DNA of 51,365 bases from Eubacteriales bacterium (GCA_045648705.1 JAZROO010000038.1:1-51365), one strand, 5' to 3'; numbered from the stretch's first letter, positions 21,954-31,931 are shown. Notes: generated from the sequence alone by a model not told the origin. Program-made: numbers and translations.

Positions 21954-23327
21954 ATGCAACGCGAAAAATTCGGTTCCCGTTTGGGATTTATTCTGATTTC
22001 CGCAGGATGTGCCATCGGTCTTGGTAACGTTTGGCGCTTTCCTTATATTGTCGGTCAGTACGGCGGCGCCACATTTATACTGATCTATCTTATCTTTCTG
22101 CTCATCTTCGGTCTACCGATTATGACAATGGAATTTGCCGTCGGCCGTGCTTCACAAAAGAGCATTATGACCTCTTTTGCCGAACTTGAACCCAAAGGCA
22201 GTAAGTGGCATCATTTCGGTTGGGTCGGTATGATCGGCAATTACCTTTTAATGATGTTTTATACTACCGTTACCGGTTGGATGTTTATTTATTTCCTCAA
22301 AATGCTGAAAGGCGACTTTTTAAACCTCTCCTCCGAAGCCATCAGTGCACAGTTTTCCGAAGTTACCGCCAATCCCCTGTTGATGTTTTGCTTTATGGCT
22401 CTTGCAACGGTCCTTGGCTTTGTAGTCTGCTCACTTGGCGTACAAAAGGGCGTGGAACGCATCAACAAAATTATGATGCTTGCTCTGCTTGGTATTATCA
22501 CGATTCTTGCCCTGCGTTCTCTCACCTTACCGGGTGCCGATGCAGGTATTAAATATTACCTGTTGCCCAATCTTGACGGTATCAAGGAGCACGGACTGGG
22601 CACCGTTCTTTTTGCCGCTTTGGGTCAAGCCTTCTTCACCCTGTCCATCGGTATGGGCAGTATGGCGATCTTCGGCAGCTATATCGGTAAAGAGCGTCGC
22701 TTGTTGGGAGAAACCATCTCCATTGCATTTTTGGACACCTTTGTTGCCTTTATGGCAGGACTGATCATTATTCCTGCCTGCTTTGCTTACGGCATCAAGG
22801 CAGATGCAGGTCCGGGGCTGATTTTCGAAACCCTGCCAAACTTGTTCAATACAATGCCGCTGGGACGGTTATGGGGCTCTTTGTTCTTTATGTTTATGAT
22901 TTTTGCCGCCATGTCCACCGTTATCGCCGTGTTTGAAAACATCATCTCTTGCGGATGTGACAAATGGGGTTGGAGCCGCAAAAAATCCTGCCTGATCAAT
23001 TTGGGTCTGATGATCGTGCTCTCTCTTCCCTGCATTCTCGGCTTTAATATGCTGTCCGGTATTACCCCTTTGGGTCAAGGCAGTAACATTATGGATCTTG
23101 AAGACTTTATTATCAGCAATAATATTTTGCCGCTTGGCAGTCTGGTTTATGTACTGTTTTGCTCTTGGAACAAACTCGGATGGGGTTGGAAACCTTTTCT
23201 TGCAGAAGCCAACACAGGAAAAGGTGCCAAATTTCCCTCTTGGCTTCGCGTATACGTCAAATGGATCATGCCGATCGTTCTTTTGTTCCTTTGGGCACAG
23301 GGATATATCTCAACCTTTTTCAATTGA
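21954..23327 (+). CDS. Sodium-dependent transporter (SNF/NSS family)
   Basis: GCAIGLGNVWRFPY, EFAVGR, GQAFFTLSIG, GPGLIF; ATG 21954 after AAGGAG. Confidence 0.93.
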   Translation: MQREKFGSRLGFILISAGCAIGLGNVWRFPYIVGQYGGATFILIYLIFLLIFGLPIMTMEFAVGRASQKSIMTSFAELEPKGSKWHHFGWVGMIGNYLLMMFYTTVTGWMFIYFLKMLKGDFLNLSSEAISAQFSEVTANPLLMFCFMALATVLGFVVCSLGVQKGVERINKIMMLALLGIITILALRSLTLPGADAGIKYYLLPNLDGIKEHGLGTVLFAALGQAFFTLSIGMGSMAIFGSYIGKERRLLGETISIAFLDTFVAFMAGLIIIPACFAYGIKADAGPGLIFETLPNLFNTMPLGRLWGSLFFMFMIFAAMSTVIAVFENIISCGCDKWGWSRKKSCLINLGLMIVLSLPCILGFNMLSGITPLGQGSNIMDLEDFIISNNILPLGSLVYVLFCSWNKLGWGWKPFLAEANTGKGAKFPSWLRVYVKWIMPIVLLFLWAQGYISTFFN

Positions 23328-23352
23328 CAATAGATTTTATATATGATAAAAT
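23324..23352 (+). promoter_or_regulatory. sigma-A promoter of the THF riboswitch/folT unit
   Basis: TTGACA-17 nt-TAAAAT with extended TG. Confidence 0.8.
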
Positions 23353-23363
23353 AGCATACGCTA

Positions 23364-23481
23364 ACAGAGTAGGCGGACAAGCGTTTGAGCATTGATATGC
23401 TCACCAGTGGTCACGGGACGGGGAGTTGCCCATGGCACGAAAAATGGTTACATTTGCGATTTGTCCTTCGCATCCCGCTGT
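23364..23481 (+). ncRNA. THF riboswitch aptamer (variant with an inserted hairpin)
   Basis: Conserved blocks CAGAGTAG, GCGTT..AGTG, GGGAGTTG, ACGAA, GCG, GCATCCCGCTG; GGACAA/TTGTCC pairing; directly upstream of folT. Confidence 0.85.
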
Positions 23482-23501
23482 GTTGTATAAATAATTTTTA
23501 T

Positions 23502-23533
23502 ATGCTCCCACTAACGTGGGAGCATTATTTTTT
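23502..23533 (+). terminator. Riboswitch expression-platform terminator
   Basis: ATGCTCCCAC-TAAC-GTGGGAGCAT followed by a U-rich tail, between the aptamer and the folT start. Confidence 0.8.
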
Positions 23534-23547
23534 CGGGTGATAAATTT

Positions 23548-24081
23548 ATGTCTATATTTTTGAAAATCCGCAGTTCATTTCAAGAATTTAAAAAAGTCAG
23601 AGGACTTACCTTGGGGGCATTACTTGCATCCTTATATGCTCTCTCTGCCATATTTTTGGATTTTTATCCCAGTGATTCCATCAAAATCAGTATCAGCTTT
23701 ATTTTCATTGCTGTTGCCGCTTATCTTTACGGACCTGTGATGGCAGCGGTTGTCGGCATCACAGGGGATTTTATTGCCTGGTTGGTTCATCCTCACGGCG
23801 CACTGCTTATAGGCATAACGTTGGCTTACGGTTTGGCAGGCTTTGTGTTTGGTTTGTTTTATTATCAAGCCCGATTCACCGTTACACGCTGTATTATTGC
23901 TTGCTGTGTTGAAAGTATACTGATTGAACTGTTGTTTAAAACGTTGGTTTTATCCCACGCCTATGGCACACCGCTTGCGGCACAGTTTATGGTACGTTTG
24001 CCTGCCGTGTGCATTATGTTGGCTGTGATGGTGGTGCTCACCGCTTTCTTTTTTAAAGCGCTCAACCGAATCAAAAAGTAA
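23548..24081 (+). CDS. folT: Folate ECF transporter S component
   Basis: IKISISFI..AAYLYGPV...GDFI, multi-TM 177-aa S-component; downstream of the THF riboswitch. Confidence 0.88.
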   Translation: MSIFLKIRSSFQEFKKVRGLTLGALLASLYALSAIFLDFYPSDSIKISISFIFIAVAAYLYGPVMAAVVGITGDFIAWLVHPHGALLIGITLAYGLAGFVFGLFYYQARFTVTRCIIACCVESILIELLFKTLVLSHAYGTPLAAQFMVRLPAVCIMLAVMVVLTAFFFKALNRIKK

Positions 24082-24085
24082 AGGA

Positions 24086-24113
24086 AACTTATGCCACACT
24101 CATTCATATAATA
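24086..24113 (+). promoter_or_regulatory. Mother-cell sigma-E/K-type promoter
   Basis: AC-16 nt-CATATAATA upstream of the ylmC/ymxH-like gene. Confidence 0.5.
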
Positions 24114-24126
24114 TACGGGTGAGTAT

Positions 24127-24363
24127 ATGACATATACGCTTTGTGAACTTCGCAAAAAAGAAGTTATCGACGTCTGTGACGGAGCACGGCTCGGATTTCC
24201 CGATGACGTAGTGATTGATGGATGCGGCAACGTTCTGTATCTTAATATCGGAGGCGGATTTCGATTTTCCTTCGGCAAAGGAGATTGCAGACAAATTCCT
24301 TGGAAAGATATTCAGCGCATTACCGAGGAAACCATCTGGGTCAAAGGCTCAAGCAGAAATTAA
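24127..24363 (+). CDS. YlmC/YmxH family sporulation protein (PRC-barrel)
   Basis: ELRKKEVIDVCDGARLG...IPWKDIQRITEETIWV. Confidence 0.88.
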   Translation: MTYTLCELRKKEVIDVCDGARLGFPDDVVIDGCGNVLYLNIGGGFRFSFGKGDCRQIPWKDIQRITEETIWVKGSSRN

Positions 24364-24369
24364 ATTTTA

Positions 24370-24402
24370 AAAAAATGGCTTGGAAAATTCCAAGCCATTT
24401 TA
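24370..24402. terminator. Bidirectional terminator
   Basis: AAAATGGCTTGGAA-AA-TTCCAAGCCATTTT between convergent genes. Confidence 0.85.
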
Positions 24403-25431
24403 TTATTCGATTTTTTCTTTTAAAAATTCGTGCCAATTTTCAGTTGCTTGCTCTATATCAAAGCGCCAACACCAATAACCTGCATAACTGCCACCGATGG
24501 CATTGTCTTGATCAGACGGCAAAACGTATTCTTTGACAGACCAATCGCATCCGAGCGCACGTACCATAAACCCAAGCAGTTCTCCCTGCTCCAAAGAAGT
24601 CTCTATTTCAGGCAAAAACCGCCGCATTAGTTCAGGATATTTAAGATAATTTGTTTGCTTGAGTTTATCCAGTACCGCTTGCAGTACGTGACGCTGACGA
24701 CCGGTTCTGAAAACCTCATTATCGATATAGCGAATACGACCGTAAGCGGTGACCTGTGCCCCGTCCAGATGCACCTGCCCCGAATTTTCAAGCGGTGCAT
24801 GTGTGTCGGCAGTCAGTTTGTTGATTTCTTTTCGCTCCGCTTCGGTGATTTCCATATCAAGTCCGCCAATCTCATCTACCAGAAGCGCCACGTCATCAAA
24901 ATCAAGCACCACGTATTCTTTAACGTCCATATCAAAATTGGTGTTGATGGTGTGAAGCATCAGTTCAGCACCGCCGTATGCGTAGGCATGATTGAGTTTG
25001 TCATTACCGTGATCTTTGATCGGTATATAGCTGTCTCTGAGCAAAGAAGAAACTTTAAGTTGTTTATTTTTACTGTCTACGGTAAGAATCATGGTGCAGT
25101 CCGAACGACCGACACCATCGGTTACGTCAATACCGAATACCGCAATATGATGCAGACCATTCACAGCATTTTTCGACACACCAAGCTCGGTTTTATCTTT
25201 GGTAAATTCCACACTCTGATAGTCGGCAAAAACATAACTGTAAAGTCCCCACCCCAATAGTGCGGCAATCAACAAAATTAAAAATGCCGTTTTGATCAAA
25301 AACCGACCGAAATTCCCCATAGCTTCGCTAAAAGTCGGCGGATCATATTCATCAGATTCGTATTCATCGGTTTCATACTCGTCGTATTCGTCCCAATATT
25401 CTTCTCTGCGGCTACGCTCTCTTTTTCTCAT
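24403..25431 (-). CDS. LCP (LytR-CpsA-Psr) family cell-wall polymer transferase
   Basis: Single TM; GRSDCTMI, SLLRDSYI, KLNHAYAYGG, YGRIRY, RTGRQR. Confidence 0.92.
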   Translation of the reverse strand: MRKRERSRREEYWDEYDEYETDEYESDEYDPPTFSEAMGNFGRFLIKTAFLILLIAALLGWGLYSYVFADYQSVEFTKDKTELGVSKNAVNGLHHIAVFGIDVTDGVGRSDCTMILTVDSKNKQLKVSSLLRDSYIPIKDHGNDKLNHAYAYGGAELMLHTINTNFDMDVKEYVVLDFDDVALLVDEIGGLDMEITEAERKEINKLTADTHAPLENSGQVHLDGAQVTAYGRIRYIDNEVFRTGRQRHVLQAVLDKLKQTNYLKYPELMRRFLPEIETSLEQGELLGFMVRALGCDWSVKEYVLPSDQDNAIGGSYAGYWCWRFDIEQATENWHEFLKEKIE

Positions 25432-25435
25432 ATTC

Positions 25436-26923
25436 TCACAACCCGTTTACAAAATCAATAAAGCGCACAAAATCTTGCTCGTTTTTATATACACCGGCAT
25501 GTTCCAGAACTTTGCAGAACACCTTGCCGATCTCGTCTTCGAAAATCTTATCAATGTTTTCAGAAGTGATACTATCGTATGTACCCACAAAAGCATCTAC
25601 CCACTCTTTATGCTTGGCAAGATCAGCATCCTCCGAAATATCCTTGCCGGAAAGAATGGCTTTTTTGAGTCCTTGCATTTCCTCTTTTAATCTTGCAGGA
25701 AGAACTGCAAGGCCCATCACTTCAATCAAACCGATGTTTTCCTTTTTGATATGATGCAGTTCAGCGTGCGGATGATAAACACCCAGAGGATGCTCGTCAG
25801 TGGTAATATTGTTTCTCAGCACTAAATCAAGTTCAAAATCTTCACCTCGACGACGCGCAATCGGAGTGATCGTATTGTGATCTTCCCCATCGGTATGGGC
25901 AAAAATAAAGGCATCTTCGTCACTGTAACCGCGCCATGCCGTTAAAATTTTATCGGCTAGTTCCAAAAGCGGTTGCTTGTCAGACGCTGTCAAACGCAGT
26001 ACACTCAACGGCCAGTTCACAATTCCTGCCCTAACCGTTTCAAATCCTGCAAATTTCACTTCTTTGGCAATTTCAGCACGTTCCATAGCAAACTCATAGT
26101 GACCGCCTTGGAAATGGTCGTGCGTCAAAATCGAGCCGCCCACAATGGGCAAATCGGCATTGGAGCCAAGAAAATAATGCGGAAAAATATCCACAAACTC
26201 AAGTAAACGTTCAAACGTTTTGCGGCTGATTTTCATGGGCGTATGCTCACTGTTAAGCACAATGCAGTGCTCGTTATAATAAACGTAGGGAGAATACTGC
26301 ATAAACCATTTTTCATCCGCCAGTTCTATCGGGATAATACGGTGGTTTTGACGCGCCGCGGCATTCATTCTGCCGGCATACCCCTCGTTTTCCTTGCAAA
26401 GAGCGCATTTCGGATAAGAACTTGCCTTGCTCGACAGTGCCGCCGCAATGGCCTTGGGGTCCTTTTCGGGTTTGGATAAATTGATGGTAATATCCAACTG
26501 ACCGTAACCCGTGTCTGCTTTCCACTTGATGTCTTTACAAATACGGTAGCGACGAATATAGTCACTATCCTGAGAAAACGTATAATAATTGTCAGTCGCA
26601 AGACGGGGATCCTCTTTATAATCCAACCAAAATTCATCAATCACTTGGCTGGGTCTGGGCAAAAGCAGTCCCATCAGTTTGGCATCAAACAAATCGCGCT
26701 CGGTTTGACTTTCCGCGTCAATCAACCCACGCTCTGCCGCCACGTCCAACAATTCTGCCAAAATCTCCTCCAAAGAGCGCTCCTTAACCTCACGGGTCGG
26801 GGCAAAATCATCCGTGCCAAACACAGAAAGCAGCGAATTGGTTACATATATCTCATCTTCCGTTCTCAGCAAATTACAGCGAAGTGCGTAATCCACCAAA
26901 TCCAAAATTGCATTATCCGGCAT
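25436..26923 (-). CDS. galT: Galactose-1-phosphate uridylyltransferase (type II)
   Basis: ITINLSKPEKDPK, YPKCALCKENEGY, QYSPYVYYNEH, GSNADLPIVGGSILTHDHFQGG, KKENIGLIEVMG; start 26923 (ATG) or 26926 (GTG). Confidence 0.95.
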   Translation of the reverse strand: MPDNAILDLVDYALRCNLLRTEDEIYVTNSLLSVFGTDDFAPTREVKERSLEEILAELLDVAAERGLIDAESQTERDLFDAKLMGLLLPRPSQVIDEFWLDYKEDPRLATDNYYTFSQDSDYIRRYRICKDIKWKADTGYGQLDITINLSKPEKDPKAIAAALSSKASSYPKCALCKENEGYAGRMNAAARQNHRIIPIELADEKWFMQYSPYVYYNEHCIVLNSEHTPMKISRKTFERLLEFVDIFPHYFLGSNADLPIVGGSILTHDHFQGGHYEFAMERAEIAKEVKFAGFETVRAGIVNWPLSVLRLTASDKQPLLELADKILTAWRGYSDEDAFIFAHTDGEDHNTITPIARRRGEDFELDLVLRNNITTDEHPLGVYHPHAELHHIKKENIGLIEVMGLAVLPARLKEEMQGLKKAILSGKDISEDADLAKHKEWVDAFVGTYDSITSENIDKIFEDEIGKVFCKVLEHAGVYKNEQDFVRFIDFVNGL

Positions 26924-27047
26924 CACAATGTCTCCTCTAATAGTTTATATTATATGAGTATTATAACATAATATTTTATATTTTTCTACCCATTTCTTGA
27001 CGAAAAATGCTGTATATGATATGATACTGACACTTGGAGGGATACAG

Positions 27048-27953
27048 ATGAATCAACAAAAATTCAAAGGCAATTCAATGATGTTGCTGACAGCTCTTAT
27101 CTGGGGCGTAGCTTTTGTGGCGCAAAGCGGCGCTATGAACAGTATAGACCCGCTTTCTTTTATGGCGGCGCGGTATCTTCTGGGCGCAGTGGTACTCTTA
27201 CCGGTCATTGCTCTCTTTAGCAAAAAAGGCGAAAATAAAAACACAAAGACTTTATGGCAAGGCGGCATTTGTTGCGGTGTCATTCTCTTTATTGCCTCTG
27301 CCCTGCAACAATACGGCATTGTTTATACCACCACTGCCAAAGCAGGTTTTATCACCACGCTTTACGTTGTTTTCGTTCCGCTTTCAAGACTGCTGTTTGG
27401 CAAACGTCCCTCTTTTATTGTTTGGATCGGTGTCTTTCTGAGTACGGTTGGATTTTATTTTTTAACGATTACAGATGAGCTTCGTCTTTCTTTAGGAGAT
27501 ATTTTGGTGCTTTTGTGCGCCATTGCCTTTACGGCACACATTATGGTTATTGACCATTTTTCTCCGAAGGTGGACGGTGTGCAGATGTCCTGCATTCAAT
27601 TTTTGGTATGCGGACTTTTGAGCCTGGCAGGATCACTTATTTTCGGTCCTGCGGCACCTGCTTCTTTGATAGAGGCTTGGATGCCGATTGTTTACACGGG
27701 TGTTTTATCAAGCGGTGTTGCTTACACGCTACAGATCATCGCACAAAAATACACCGACCCCGTTATGATCAGCCTTATAGGGTCTCTTGAGGCAGTGTTT
27801 GCCACCCTTGCCGGCTTTATATTTTTCAAAATCGGCTATATTGACAACGGAGACATCACCTCGCGGCAACTGATTGGTTGCGCAATGGTGTTCGCGGCTG
27901 TCATTTTGGTGCAACTGCCGCTCGGCACGGGAGGTAAAAATGAAAAAGGCTAA
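27048..27953 (+). CDS. DMT/EamA family transporter
   Basis: ALIWGVAFVAQ, KAGFITTLYVVFVP, GVAYTLQIIAQK, LEAVFA; ATG 27048 after GGAGG. Confidence 0.92.
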   Translation: MNQQKFKGNSMMLLTALIWGVAFVAQSGAMNSIDPLSFMAARYLLGAVVLLPVIALFSKKGENKNTKTLWQGGICCGVILFIASALQQYGIVYTTTAKAGFITTLYVVFVPLSRLLFGKRPSFIVWIGVFLSTVGFYFLTITDELRLSLGDILVLLCAIAFTAHIMVIDHFSPKVDGVQMSCIQFLVCGLLSLAGSLIFGPAAPASLIEAWMPIVYTGVLSSGVAYTLQIIAQKYTDPVMISLIGSLEAVFATLAGFIFFKIGYIDNGDITSRQLIGCAMVFAAVILVQLPLGTGGKNEKG

Positions 27954-28683
27954 AAACTTGTTTTTGGCAATCGCGAGTATTCTTTCGGCAGTGTGTTCCG
28001 CTTTGCTTTTAAACGGATTTGACGGACTGCTTTCCTTTGTGAGCAAGTGGACTCATTTTGATTATCAAAGCGGTGCCTTTATATTGGCAATTGCGTGTTT
28101 TGTCAGTTGCATTTGCACCTGTTTGTTACTGCCTGCCGCGCAAGTAAGACTGCAGTATGAGGTCAGCGTCGGTAAAGCGTTTGCTTTTTCTGTAAAGAGA
28201 TATTGCTTTACATATATGGTTCTGCCGTTTTTTATTATGCGCTTTGCTTGTATTGATAAAATGCTGCCCTATCTGCAAGAAAATCAAATCCGCAACCCAC
28301 TGTACCACCCAACCATTTGGAAAGAATGTGCCGAGTGGGGCAGTATGCTGATGGTACTTGTTTTGATATTTTGGGTTTGCTTGCTGGCGCTTAATTTATT
28401 CGGTGTGCTTCGATACGGGCACATTGCTGTCAATCTGGCAAGTCTTTTATGCTTATTGCCGCTGATGTATCTGACACTTGATTACGCGCCTGTCACCCAT
28501 ATTCAAAATATCACACTCACCGTTTTGGTGCTTTTGGTCTTTATCGGTGCCATTTTAGCTGCTTTGCTCATACCAAAACAAGCCACCCCACCCCTGCGCC
28601 CTTTCTTTGCACAGGCGGAAAATGACGATTTGTTCTGGCGCAAAAAGCGCGAAACCGAACGGAAATGGCGCTCTTATAAATAA
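27940..28683 (+). CDS. Hypothetical integral membrane protein (about 6 TM)
   Basis: Hydrophobic segments; ATG 27940 after GGAGG, overlapping the DMT gene end; no family recognised. Confidence 0.7.
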   Translation: MKKAKNLFLAIASILSAVCSALLLNGFDGLLSFVSKWTHFDYQSGAFILAIACFVSCICTCLLLPAAQVRLQYEVSVGKAFAFSVKRYCFTYMVLPFFIMRFACIDKMLPYLQENQIRNPLYHPTIWKECAEWGSMLMVLVLIFWVCLLALNLFGVLRYGHIAVNLASLLCLLPLMYLTLDYAPVTHIQNITLTVLVLLVFIGAILAALLIPKQATPPLRPFFAQAENDDLFWRKKRETERKWRSYK

Positions 28684-28769
28684 TTCTGTATTGATATTGC
28701 ATTTTTATATCAATTCATATAAAATACCTTTAGAAGTTATACACCACTGTAAAAAATAGGAGGACAACT

Positions 28770-31700
28770 ATGCTTTACAAGAAAAATTCTGCAAAAACCC
28801 TTTCTGACGAGTTGTTTCAAAATCCGACCAGTGAATATCGCGGCACACCCTTTTGGTCGTGGAACACAAAGTTGGATAAAAAGACAATTTCCGAACAAAT
28901 CGGCCATCTTAAAGAAATGGGTTTTGGTGGATATCATATTCATTCCAGAACGGGACTTGATACCGAGTATCTGAGTGACGAATTTATGGAAATGGTTGAC
29001 CACGCACATAAAGAAGGCGTTAAAAACGATATGCTCACCTGGCTTTATGACGAAGATCGTTGGTCCTCGGGCGCCGCAGGCGGTAAAACAACCGTAAATC
29101 CTGTTTTTCGTCGCAAAAGACTGGGACTGTATCCCGATGCGCAGTTCGGCAACACACCCAAAGAACAAGCCCTTGAAGAAGGCACTCCGTTCCTTCTTGG
29201 TTGCTATGACGTAGTGTTGGATACCGAAGGATATATTGAAAGCTATAAAAGAATTGCTTTTGAAGATGCCGCAGAAGGTACCAAATGGTATGCTTACTGC
29301 GAAAACGAAAAACCGAGCACCTGGTTTAATGGCTTTACCTACCCCGATACCGGCAATCCCCAAGCCATCAAGGAATTTATCAACAACACCTACGAGAAGT
29401 ATAAGGCTACCCTCGGAAACGCTTTCGGCGAAAGTGTCCCTGCTATTTTCACTGATGAGCCCAATATTAATCACGAAAAATACCTTGGCATCCCCTCTCC
29501 CGAATTTGTCGGCAGACTGATGTACACTTGGTCTCTTAATTTCGATGCCGAGTACCAAAAGGCATACGCTCAGGATATTCTTGAAGTTCTGCCCGAGGTT
29601 ATCTGGAATAAAAAAGACAGATCGGATTCTTTGGTTAAATACAGATTTTTCGATTTAGCAGCCGAACTCTTTGCCATCAACTTCTCCAAGCAACTTGGTG
29701 ATTGGTGCAACGAAAACAACATTGCTTTCACAGGTCACCTGCTGCGTGAGCCTGAACTTTGGTCACAAGCAATCACCTGCGGTGAAACCATGCGCTCCTA
29801 TGAGTACTTTGGTATCCCCGGCATTGATATCCTGTGTGACTACAGAGAGTTTACCACCGCCAAACAGGTACAGTCCGTCGTTCATCAGTTAGGCAAAGAA
29901 GCAATGCTTTCCGAACTGTACGGTGTTACCAACTGGGACTATGATTTCAGAGGTCATAAATCGCAAGGCGACTGGCAAGCAGCTCTCGGTGTCACCGTTC
30001 GTGTTCCCCATCTGAGCTGGATGTCCATGGCAGGTGAAGCCAAGCGCGACTATCCTGCCGCTATCGGATACCAATCCCCGTGGTACAAAGAATATTCCTA
30101 CATTGAGGATCATTTTGCCAGAGTCAATGCCGCCATTACCAGAGGTAAGCCTGTGGTTAAAGTCGGCGTAATTCATCCAATTGAAAGCCATTGGATCAAC
30201 GTCGGTCCTCATAGTCAATGTTCCGCCACCAACGAGTCTTTGGAGCAAAATTTTGCCAATATCACCCGTTGGCTGCTTGAGGGACACCTTGACTTTAACT
30301 ACATCTGTGAATCTTGCATTCCCAGATTCCAAAACGGCACCGCCATCGGTCAGATGCAGTATGATGCCATCGTCGTTCCTGCCTGTTTGAACATTCGCTC
30401 CACCACTTTAGAGTACCTTGAAAAATTCAAGGCAGCCGGCAATAAAGTCGTGTTTATGGGCGCTTGTCCCTCTTATGTTGACGGTGTTCAGAGCAACCAA
30501 TGCCAAGCTTTTTATGAGCAATGCGAAAACGTCAATTTCGATAAAGCATCTATCTTAAAGGCACTTTCCGAGCAAAGACACGTCAGCTTCACAAACGAAG
30601 AGGGCGCCGAGTCAAACGAGCTGATCTATGCTTACAGAAATGACAACGATTGTGATTGGCTGTTTATTGCCCACAGTGCCAACGTCAGCGGTGAAGATGC
30701 CAAACGCGGTCCCTTCCAACCCGACGTCACCCGTCCTGTACCCACAAAAATCAAAATCAAAGGCGAATTTACAGTGATGGAATACGACACACTGTCAGGA
30801 GAAATCAAACCTGCCACATGCGAATATAATAACGGTTACACAATTTTAAACAGAGATTTCTATACCAATGACAGTTTGCTTTTAAAACTGCTCCCCGGCA
30901 AAGCCGAGCAAATCGCTGAGCAATCCACGGCTTTGAATGAAGTTAAGGAATTTGAAGTGGATACACCGGTAGATTATGAAACCAGTGAGCCCAACGTTTT
31001 GTTGCTTGACTGCGCAGAATACCGTATCGACAATATGCCCTTCAACGCCAAAGAAGAACTGCTTCGTGCTGATAATGCCGCGCGTAACATTCTGGGCTTC
31101 CCACCGAGATTCGGTCATCTTGCACAGCCGTACACTATGAAAAAGCAACCCGAAGAGCATACCCTGACTTTACGTTTCACCTTCAAGAGTGATATCAAGG
31201 TCAAAAATGCGCTACTTGCGATGGAAGACGTTGAGAAAAATACCATCACACTCAACGGCAAACCCGTTTCCAACACCCCTGTGGGTTATTTCACCGACAA
31301 ATCCATCAAAACCATCAAACTCCCCACCATCAAAAAGGGAGAAAACGTTTTGATTGCCACCCTGCCCTACGGTCCGCGTACCAACGTGGAATGGTGCTAC
31401 ATTCTGGGTGATTTCGGTGTTGAACTCAGCGGCAAATTTACCAAGATCGTCAGCAAGGCCGATAAACTTGGCTTTTCAAACGTCGTTAATCAGAAAATGC
31501 CTTTCTATGCCGCTAATATCACCTATAAATTCGATATTGAACTGGACGAGGACGGCTATGCCCAAATCAATACTTCTTATTACAGAGGCGCTTTGATTTC
31601 TGTGAAGGTGGACGGCAAAAAGTGCGGTAACATTGTTTTCCCGCCCTACAATCTTTTGACCGACAAACTTTCCAAAGGCAAACATAGCATTGAACTTACG

Positions 31701-31868
31701 GTGTTTGGCAACCGCTTTAACAGTTTCGGTTCCCTGCACTCTGTGAATCTGACACAGAAATACTTCGGTCCTGATGCCTGGCGCACCAAAGGTGCTGACT
31801 GGTTTTATGAATACAACACCAAACCCTTCGGTATCTTAAAAAGCCCCGTCATCAAAATTTTTAAATAA
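28770..31868 (+). CDS. Large cytoplasmic glycoside hydrolase, GH106 (alpha-L-rhamnosidase)-like
   Basis: YRGTPFWSWN, MGFGGYHIH, WLYDEDRWSSG, AIFTDEP, PGIDIL, SELYGV; C-terminal beta-sandwich; no signal peptide. Confidence 0.7.
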   Translation: MLYKKNSAKTLSDELFQNPTSEYRGTPFWSWNTKLDKKTISEQIGHLKEMGFGGYHIHSRTGLDTEYLSDEFMEMVDHAHKEGVKNDMLTWLYDEDRWSSGAAGGKTTVNPVFRRKRLGLYPDAQFGNTPKEQALEEGTPFLLGCYDVVLDTEGYIESYKRIAFEDAAEGTKWYAYCENEKPSTWFNGFTYPDTGNPQAIKEFINNTYEKYKATLGNAFGESVPAIFTDEPNINHEKYLGIPSPEFVGRLMYTWSLNFDAEYQKAYAQDILEVLPEVIWNKKDRSDSLVKYRFFDLAAELFAINFSKQLGDWCNENNIAFTGHLLREPELWSQAITCGETMRSYEYFGIPGIDILCDYREFTTAKQVQSVVHQLGKEAMLSELYGVTNWDYDFRGHKSQGDWQAALGVTVRVPHLSWMSMAGEAKRDYPAAIGYQSPWYKEYSYIEDHFARVNAAITRGKPVVKVGVIHPIESHWINVGPHSQCSATNESLEQNFANITRWLLEGHLDFNYICESCIPRFQNGTAIGQMQYDAIVVPACLNIRSTTLEYLEKFKAAGNKVVFMGACPSYVDGVQSNQCQAFYEQCENVNFDKASILKALSEQRHVSFTNEEGAESNELIYAYRNDNDCDWLFIAHSANVSGEDAKRGPFQPDVTRPVPTKIKIKGEFTVMEYDTLSGEIKPATCEYNNGYTILNRDFYTNDSLLLKLLPGKAEQIAEQSTALNEVKEFEVDTPVDYETSEPNVLLLDCAEYRIDNMPFNAKEELLRADNAARNILGFPPRFGHLAQPYTMKKQPEEHTLTLRFTFKSDIKVKNALLAMEDVEKNTITLNGKPVSNTPVGYFTDKSIKTIKLPTIKKGENVLIATLPYGPRTNVEWCYILGDFGVELSGKFTKIVSKADKLGFSNVVNQKMPFYAANITYKFDIELDEDGYAQINTSYYRGALISVKVDGKKCGNIVFPPYNLLTDKLSKGKHSIELTVFGNRFNSFGSLHSVNLTQKYFGPDAWRTKGADWFYEYNTKPFGILKSPVIKIFK

Positions 31869-31872
31869 TCAT

Positions 31873-31908
31873 AAAAAATCGCTTAACACCAAGTGTTAAG
31901 CGATTTTT
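31873..31908. terminator. Bidirectional terminator
   Basis: AAAAATCGCTTAACAC-CAA-GTGTTAAGCGATTTTT. Confidence 0.88.
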
Positions 31909-31931
31909 GTTTGATTTTGTTATGCAAGCGC

